This document shows positions 56,719-64,000 of a stretch of 64,000 nt of DNA, one piece after another. Below the pieces are notes generated by a model. The model saw only the letters and a program-made list of their open reading frames with translations. It did not search any database and had not been told where the DNA came from. Location of the stretch: NCBI GenBank assembly GCA_964016885.1, contig OZ024743.1:273854001-273918000 (forward strand). The letters are read 5' to 3'. Source of the stretch: Eledone cirrhosa (Eukaryota). Position numbers and translations under genes: made by a program. Positions within the stretch are counted from its first letter, which is position 1, and every line of letters begins with the position of its first letter.

Positions 56719-58853
56719 ATATATTAATTGTAATAATTTTAATCTTACCGTTTCAAATTTCAAATCACCCAAACGCCTCAATAAATCGTAAGATTATATT
56801 TCCCTCGGCTCTAGGAGCTAACGTTAGTATACGGAGTTTTTAATCTAGACAGAAACTGTTGTTAGCTGACATTTGATGTAATGGTAAACGCACATGGTTG
56901 GAATTCAAGATATACAAAGACCGATTCTCTGTAGTGGTTACTAGAAACCGTTTTTCTTCTCCTAAGGGTAATTTACCCGATTTTCTAACATAATTATAAT
57001 TTATAGCGATTCTGTGTTTGAATCGCAACGTCTCAAATTTCAAATAGTCTATACGGGTTCGTTTTATTTTATCAACCTTCTCACAAAAAAGGTAGCTTGT
57101 GCGATACTATGGCAGAAAATCCTTTTCCAAGAGACTGTGCTCTAAGATCGAACACGGTATCAAATATTTCTTATGTGAACTTTTAATTACATTGCCATGC
57201 GCGTGTCTAGGTCAGTCATTATTAAATATTTACTTTAGATTGTTGAAGGTTGAACATATTTCGAAATGTTACGTCTTCTTTCATATATGAGGCATCAAGA
57301 TTCGGTCGTGAATACGAAGTGATTCCTTCAACTACTTACCTCTTTCAATACCAACCCATCTGAAACCACGTCTGATTCTAGGAAACGACTTTACCCATTG
57401 TAAAGGGTTTCTATTCAAGTTATGTCTTCCAACATATTTTAATATAAGAGCTATTTGCTAATTTGTGCCAATTTGATTATGAAACAATTAATACATTTAT
57501 GAAACAATTAATACATTTATGAAACAATTAATAAATTTAGTAAATCCAACTTGATTCGTTATTTATTAATTCAGGTACAGTATATTTCATTCGAATTAAA
57601 ATAATGAAAGAGTTAAATAATTCTACAAGATTAGAATAATTGATTATTTGGATTTGTGCATCATATTTAGAATTAATTTCTTATTGATTAATTGGATGGT
57701 ATATGTTTCGACAGCAAATGCATGTTACTATTCTGGGAGCAGTATATTGCATTTAGTGGGTAACTGATCCAATCAATGTGCCCGCTTATTGTTAAAAAGA
57801 TATGATAGGATGCCTGTGGTTTATAGGTGAGACATCCTTTCTAAAACTACTTCTCACCGGTTATTGGAGAAATCACTTTCACTTTCTCACAAGACATAAT
57901 TCATTGTGTACCGTGAGTAGTATTGGTTGTGAATTTATGTATGTCCAATCATATAACACACTAACTGTAATAATATTTTAACATCGTCAGAACATACTTT
58001 AGAAATTCCTGATCACCTATTCGTAAGTTTTATTAGGTATAAAGACATAAATTTACAGATATATTCATAGAATTCAACCGTTGAATGTCATCCTTTATGA
58101 CACGTTTTTCGATGTGTCTGTGATAAATATGGCTTGAATTTGTTATCTTTGTTAGACATACGTATATAATCTGCTAAAAGGAGAAAATTAAAAGATATTG
58201 TTGTTTCTATTGATGGTGTAAAGATTAATCTGCTTGGAGCAGACATAACAGTTTATATATACGTACCAAATTTCAAAGAAGTTTGAATAAATAATCTTAT
58301 ATATAATCTTAAACAAAGAGAATGAAAACCAATTAACCTATATGGACGAAATCTCAAGCCATATATTTCATTTATTAAAGATCGTTTTGCACATGAGTAA
58401 ACTATAAATAATTTATGCTATTGCGATTTACTAAAAGGATTTACAAGAAGCTGGTCCGTTAACACATTATTCCAGACTTTAAGTATAATCTTTATTCTCA
58501 TGCGTTTTACAAGTCTTTGAGGAAGAATATGTTGAGTATTTTCATACAATATTTTAAAACTATTTACTATCGGATGTTTATAAAATATATTTGAATTCAA
58601 AATCATGCCTATATACGTACAAAATACACACGATTAGATACAGACACACACACACACGCGCGCGCGCGCGTGTGTTTGTGTGTGTATGTGTGTGTGTGTG
58701 TTTGCGTGAGTATGTGTGTGTGCGTGAATGAAGATTTTCTTATTCAAAACAAACAAGACAAGATACAATGATGTAGTGAAAAGATTAACTATTAATATGT
58801 AGAAATATTATATTTGAACCCTCGTTTCTTGTTGATTTTTCCGTTTAAATTAG

Positions 58854-58883
58854 ACATTGGCTCAGCGCATTTCTCTGAATATG
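58854..58883 (+). CDS. Candidate 30-nt micro-exon of the host gene
   Basis: Pyrimidine tract + TAG acceptor, GTAAGT donor, length a multiple of 3, open (TLAQRISLNM in phase 0). No recognisable homology. Confidence 0.3.
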
Positions 58884-59481
58884 GTAAGTTCCTCACACTC
58901 ACAGGAGATTAAGATTTTTTTAGAATCTTTATGTATTTATATTATACATGTATATACCATATTCTGGTAAGCAAAAACTGCCGTCACATAACCTAAATCT
59001 ATAATTATCCAAAAAGCATCCGAATGAATACGAGAGTTTGTGAATAAATCACTCGTACACAGTCATTAACATAGACATATTAATACGTTGACTGACACAC
59101 CCTGCGACATTCACACAAACGTGGATGTACTCAGAAGATGCAAGTGCCATCCAATAGGGCGTAAAAGGAACATTAAACAGAGCTCGTTAGTCTTGGTTGG
59201 CAGTTTGTCTAGGAGAAAGATCTCTGAATTCAAACGCAGAGTAAATGTGACTCCTTTCAAGAGGTCAAAGATTTCATTCATCATTGTGATGAAGATGGAT
59301 GAGCGGCAGCTCTGTAGACAGCATCTAATACATGGTCGAGCAAGGATGCTGGACCCACCGATGTCACATTGTCCCCCATATAGCAGTATAAGAAAATGGG
59401 AACCCACTTCATCATCCTCATATTTTGGTTACAATGTTCAATAATATGTTAACTCAAGTAGATTCTACTTAGAAGTAACTG

Positions 59482-59599
<118 letters not shown>

Positions 59600-59909
59600 G
59601 ACAGTTCCACTAAAAACACAATTATATATGTATGTATATATATGTATTGTGTGTGTGTGTGTGTGTGAGAGAGGTAGGGGGGGGGGTGAAAATAAAGAAC
59701 ATCTTTTCTTCTAAATACCTAAATATATCATTATACGCAAATTTGATATCTTTTAAGAAGGATATTTCATTATTAGTTCCATTATATTTTGTCTGGAGAT
59801 TACGGTTTCTATGTCTATTAACATTTCGAGACCTTTGAAAGCTTGTCTTCAGGGTAGATATAATAGAGATGGTGGCGTGCCATACACACACACACACACA
59901 CACACATAC

Positions 59910-59942
<33 letters not shown>

Positions 59943-60147
59943 CACACACACACATACATACATACATACATACATACATACATACATACATACATACATA
60001 CATGCATACATACATACACAGAGACACACACACACCTGTGTGCGTTTGCGGTTTCCTTGTATCGTATTTCATATTTTTCTCCTGTGGATGCAGCTGAGCA
60101 GAATGGTTAAGGTGTCTTCCTCGCAATCATTATGTCCTACCTACCTA

Positions 60148-60335
60148 GGCGGTGGATTGGCAGTATCGGTAGAGGGTCGGACGCCATGCTTTCCAGCATA
60201 GTTACGTCCCTTTACGATCTGAGTTCAAATCCCGCCGAGGTTGACTTTGCCTTTCATCCTTATGGGGTCGATAAAATAATTACCAGCAATGCACTGGGTA
60301 ATTTGCTGGCCTTGTGCCTAAAGTAGAAACAATTA
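60148..60335 (+). mobile_element. Full-length tRNA-derived SINE family 1 (Nin-like core)
   Basis: GGCGGTGGATTGGCAGTATCGGTAG head, GAGTTCAAATCC B-box, GCCTTTCATCCTTATGGGGTCGATAAA core. Confidence 0.85.
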
Positions 60336-60751
60336 TGTCTCATATTCGATCTTACATTTTGTTATAAAGTAATTGTGACTTAAATTTTCTATACGCAAAC
60401 GTTTCGCAAGCCCGACTGATGGATTGTAACTTAAATTAAAAAAGCCAGCCTTGGTACTCATTCTGACAAACAGAATTTCCATGAGAATTACGTTAAGGGT
60501 ATATGTCTGTAGAATGCTTAGCTACACATAAATTAATTTCAGAAATAGGATGTTTCATAGATCGAACACGTGGAACCCTCATCGTTGAAACCGACGGAAA
60601 TCACTTCTAATCCGGTTCTCTGCTATAACATCCTTCCTTTCGTTGACACTCTTTTTTTATATCTACTAACATCCCTTTTATTTTCTGCTCACTATATAGC
60701 TATGTGCCGATTTTCTGTAACTCACGTTCCTGTCTTTCTTTCTTGCTGCCT

Positions 60752-60810
<59 letters not shown>

Positions 60811-60836
60811 CTCTCTCTCTCCCTCTTTCTCTCTTC

Positions 60837-60888
<52 letters not shown>

Positions 60889-61117
60889 TATATATATCTC
60901 AGTTATCCCAATATTTCCTTCAATACCATTAGACATATTATTTATTGTACAATAAAGCAAGGTACAGGAAAAACTTAGACTTCTATTTTCCGTGCGCTGT
61001 TTGAATTACGTGGCTTATTTATCATACTTTACACAGCCTACATGAGATGCTCTAAAACGAAAGGCAACGTTACGTGATATGCTTAACATACGCATATTTA
61101 TGTTTCATTATGTGTAA

Positions 61118-61738
61118 TCTATATAAAACTGAGGATGTCTGTCTGTGTGTGTGTCTGTGAATTTGAATCACTAAAACTCGAGAAGTATCCAACAGATTTT
61201 TTTCAAACTTTACATATGTATTACTTATGTTTCAGGGAGTGTTACGCACATAAACAATTCAACTTTTTGATCCCCTAGGGCATTAGGTGAAAAACTGAGT
61301 TTTTTTTCAGGTTTTTAGGGCTTTTTTGAGGCGTTACGTCAGACCGATTTCCTTGAAATTGTGACTATGTATTAGTCAGTCTCGTCCTCATACCGTGAGC
61401 AAAGAAAATCCAATTTTCTTATGGCCTAGGGTCAGCATTAGGTGAAAAACTTTTTTTTCAGCTTTTTAGGGCTTTTTTTAGGCGTTACATCTAGCCGACT
61501 TTCCCGCAATTTCAAGGCATATTATGCACATTAAAAAATTCATTGTCTTGATCCCCTAGGGCCCGCATTAGGTGAAAACCTGCATTTTTCCTGCTTCATC
61601 GAGGAAAATCTTAAAGATTATCCAGCCATCAGAGTATTCGGTTTATTTTCTTTACATATTGTCCACGCATGCAGTTTTTCCACGATTAGGTCTGTTCCAA
61701 AATATCTTATCCCGTGCAACGCCGGCTACCACTGCTAG
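61118..61738 (+). mobile_element. Non-autonomous Helitron
   Basis: A|TCTATATAAAAC...GTCTGTCTGT, hairpin CCGTGCAACGCCGG, CTAG|T end. Termini are related to 23769-24725. Confidence 0.85.
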
Positions 61739-62282
61739 TAGTATATAAATTAACCTCACTAGCGCACAATCTGTTTTTCTTTTATATCTCCTTTTCCCCG
61801 TAAAGCGTGATTAAGATAAATTCATGTAGCTTTTTCTAAGTTTTAGTTTTAAAATAGCATTTAATATTGTTCCGAGTTATATTTATAGAACATTGTAATT
61901 AGCTGGTGCTTATACTTTATTGAAGAGGGGATAGCATTGTATTATTATGTGAAATGTTATGGTTGTGCTAATTAAAACCGTGACATCGGCTTCCTTTTCC
62001 ATGCTTGCATAAAGCTAAGATTATTAAAGGTAACTGCCGGCTTGATAGAGGAAATTTAATTCACTGAATACTGTAAGGGCTTCGGGAGATGCAAAGCTCT
62101 ACACTAAACCTTAAATATTTAAATCAACATAACTAACGAAAATGAACTAAGAACAAAATTGTTGAATAGATATCAATAAGATTATCAAGATTGAGACAAA
62201 CTACTAATAGTATTTTTTCTACGCAAACATGTTTTAATTTAAGAAATCATGCATTACATATTAGTTTTCATTTCTTTTGCAG

Positions 62283-62349
62283 CCCCCAATATTGATGTTG
62301 AATGTTACGGTAGTTCAAGCCCGTGATTTAGAGGCAAAAGATGCTGATG
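62283..62349 (+). CDS. Host-gene internal exon encoding the start of a C2 domain, BAIAP3/Munc13-4 (UNC13D)-like
   Basis: TTTCTTTTGCAG acceptor and GTAAGT donor. Translates PPILMLNVTVVQARDLEAKDAD(G), matching the C2A start (..A..LEAKD.NG-FSDPYC) of this family. Confidence 0.78.
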
Positions 62350-64000
62350 GTAAGTAGACAGCTTTGTTTTTGCGAAGTTCTATGCGTGTTTCTTTTGTTA
62401 TTTTTTTTTTAATACCAGCTCGTAATTATTTTATTTGGCGTCTTTCGACTCTATATTTTGAAACGGATGCTGAATGCAAATGTTTCACCTTCATTTCACC
62501 ACGTCCATGTGAAACATATAAATGTTAATCAGTAAAGGAAACGCCACTATACTTAATGTAGTGAGAAAAATTCATAATACTTATGATGTGATTTGTATAA
62601 TAATTACGAGTACTCCACGATCAAAGAGGTTCGACACTTGACGATCCATCCTTGACAATGCATAGTATATCCAGGACTACATTATCTAATGAAGCCTTTA
62701 TATTATAACATGCTATGAAATAATTTAATGATAATGTCCCTGCTAATTCTAGCATATCGACTGTCTACAAATAATCTTCCTTTGTCGGTTCATACATTTC
62801 CATGTTTATATTATTTATTCCCATATTTGGCATAATCGAGCAGTCTATTTTCAAAAGTGTTCTTGTCATATTATTAATGTCTATGTATGTTTATGACCTT
62901 ATATTTTCCAATACAACTTTCCTCTTCTGTGGGGGTAAGGTACGTTTTGAAGGGATTCAGCAGTTATATCTGACAGTTATATGATCGTTATAACAGTTAT
63001 ATGATCGTCCATCTATATCTTTCAGTACATCACGTTGATTATTTATTTACAATTTCCCGAATTATTGAGAATATGTATCAGATCAGAGTTTAACAGTCTT
63101 ACGTCTGTATGTAATGGCATATATTGAAAGGTCTATTCCACAACAAATTCAATAAGCACAAGGTATAACGTGCCTATAACCTTTCACACCAACTCGAAAC
63201 ATCACTATATTTACTTTAACCTTACTTCCAACAGTTTTATTAAAAAAGAACAAGAGTACATGTGTTAACTCGTGGCAAAATAGTTTGTCTTGAATAAAAT
63301 GATGTATCAAACACTGAAAATAATTGTACCAATAAATTAATATGGTGTGAAGCACATGAAGAGATAATTTTGCTACATTTAATTTTTATTTTAATTATTC
63401 ATATATTTATTTATTTGTTGTTTCTATCCGTGTGACGAAATCAGGTCTTGTCACATGACTGACATGAAATTTAGCATGAAAATCTCGTAGTCATAATTAC
63501 CTGAAATTCGAAGAAACCATAATGATATCGCGTAAAGTCTTCGGATTTAATTAATTGTTCTTCCACTATCAGGCATCTTCAACTCTTTCGATTAATTTAC
63601 TGCTACTTATAAAACACACTGTAATGAGCAGAACGAAAATGATGTCTCATTTAATCAAGGTTTTATTTATTTTAGCTCGTTTCATGAAATTCATTACATT
63701 TCGTTTATAGATGTGATATCAGATGAATGTCATATAAACGATATCCACGTAAACAACAGAAGATAATAATCGACATCATTTGATATATATTTAGATTCTA
63801 ATTATTTAGGGAACAATGAAATAATTGACGAATAAATTCGCGGAAGTGTTGAAGTCATTATAGTTTTAACATCTTTGCATGAATATCAAGTATGTGTGTG
63901 CGTGTGTGAATATCAATACACCTGATGTGGGGTTTGTGTACTTTTAGTAATTGCGACGTACGATGTACTTATAGCGTTTTATTGTAACATAAAACGCAGG

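Noticed and set aside
59050-59444. 118-aa ORF or possible LINE remnant
   Set aside because: No diagnostic motif could be identified with confidence in any frame.

Overview
This is eukaryotic, very AT-rich, microsatellite-dense animal DNA. The SINE families and (TA)n density suggest an octopod cephalopod (inference). There are no prokaryotic genes, CRISPR arrays or rRNA, and most entries in the ORF track are (TA)n/(CA)n artefacts. The first ~51 kb is a nested cluster of (TA)n-inserting Penelope-like elements (PLEs). These comprise two Naiad-like RT+GIY-YIG subfamilies, several Hydra-clade-like families, and many ORF-less inverted, tandem or miniature derivatives. Read by eye, about 25 hammerhead ribozyme (HHR) motifs occur, including a recurrent form with an enlarged, often branched stem II and a U3-A8 core variant. 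An ORF-less ~470-bp HHR tandem repeat (retrozyme-like) is inserted with PLE-type ends and has a matching empty site in the same window. Also present are CR1-, RTE-, R4/Dong- and CRE-type LINE fragments, two mariner remnants, a MITE, two non-autonomous Helitrons, and tRNA-derived SINEs including a tandem array. One convincing host exon encodes the start of a C2 domain (BAIAP3/Munc13-4-like) at 62283-62349. All RNA structures were folded by eye and need computational and biochemical confirmation.
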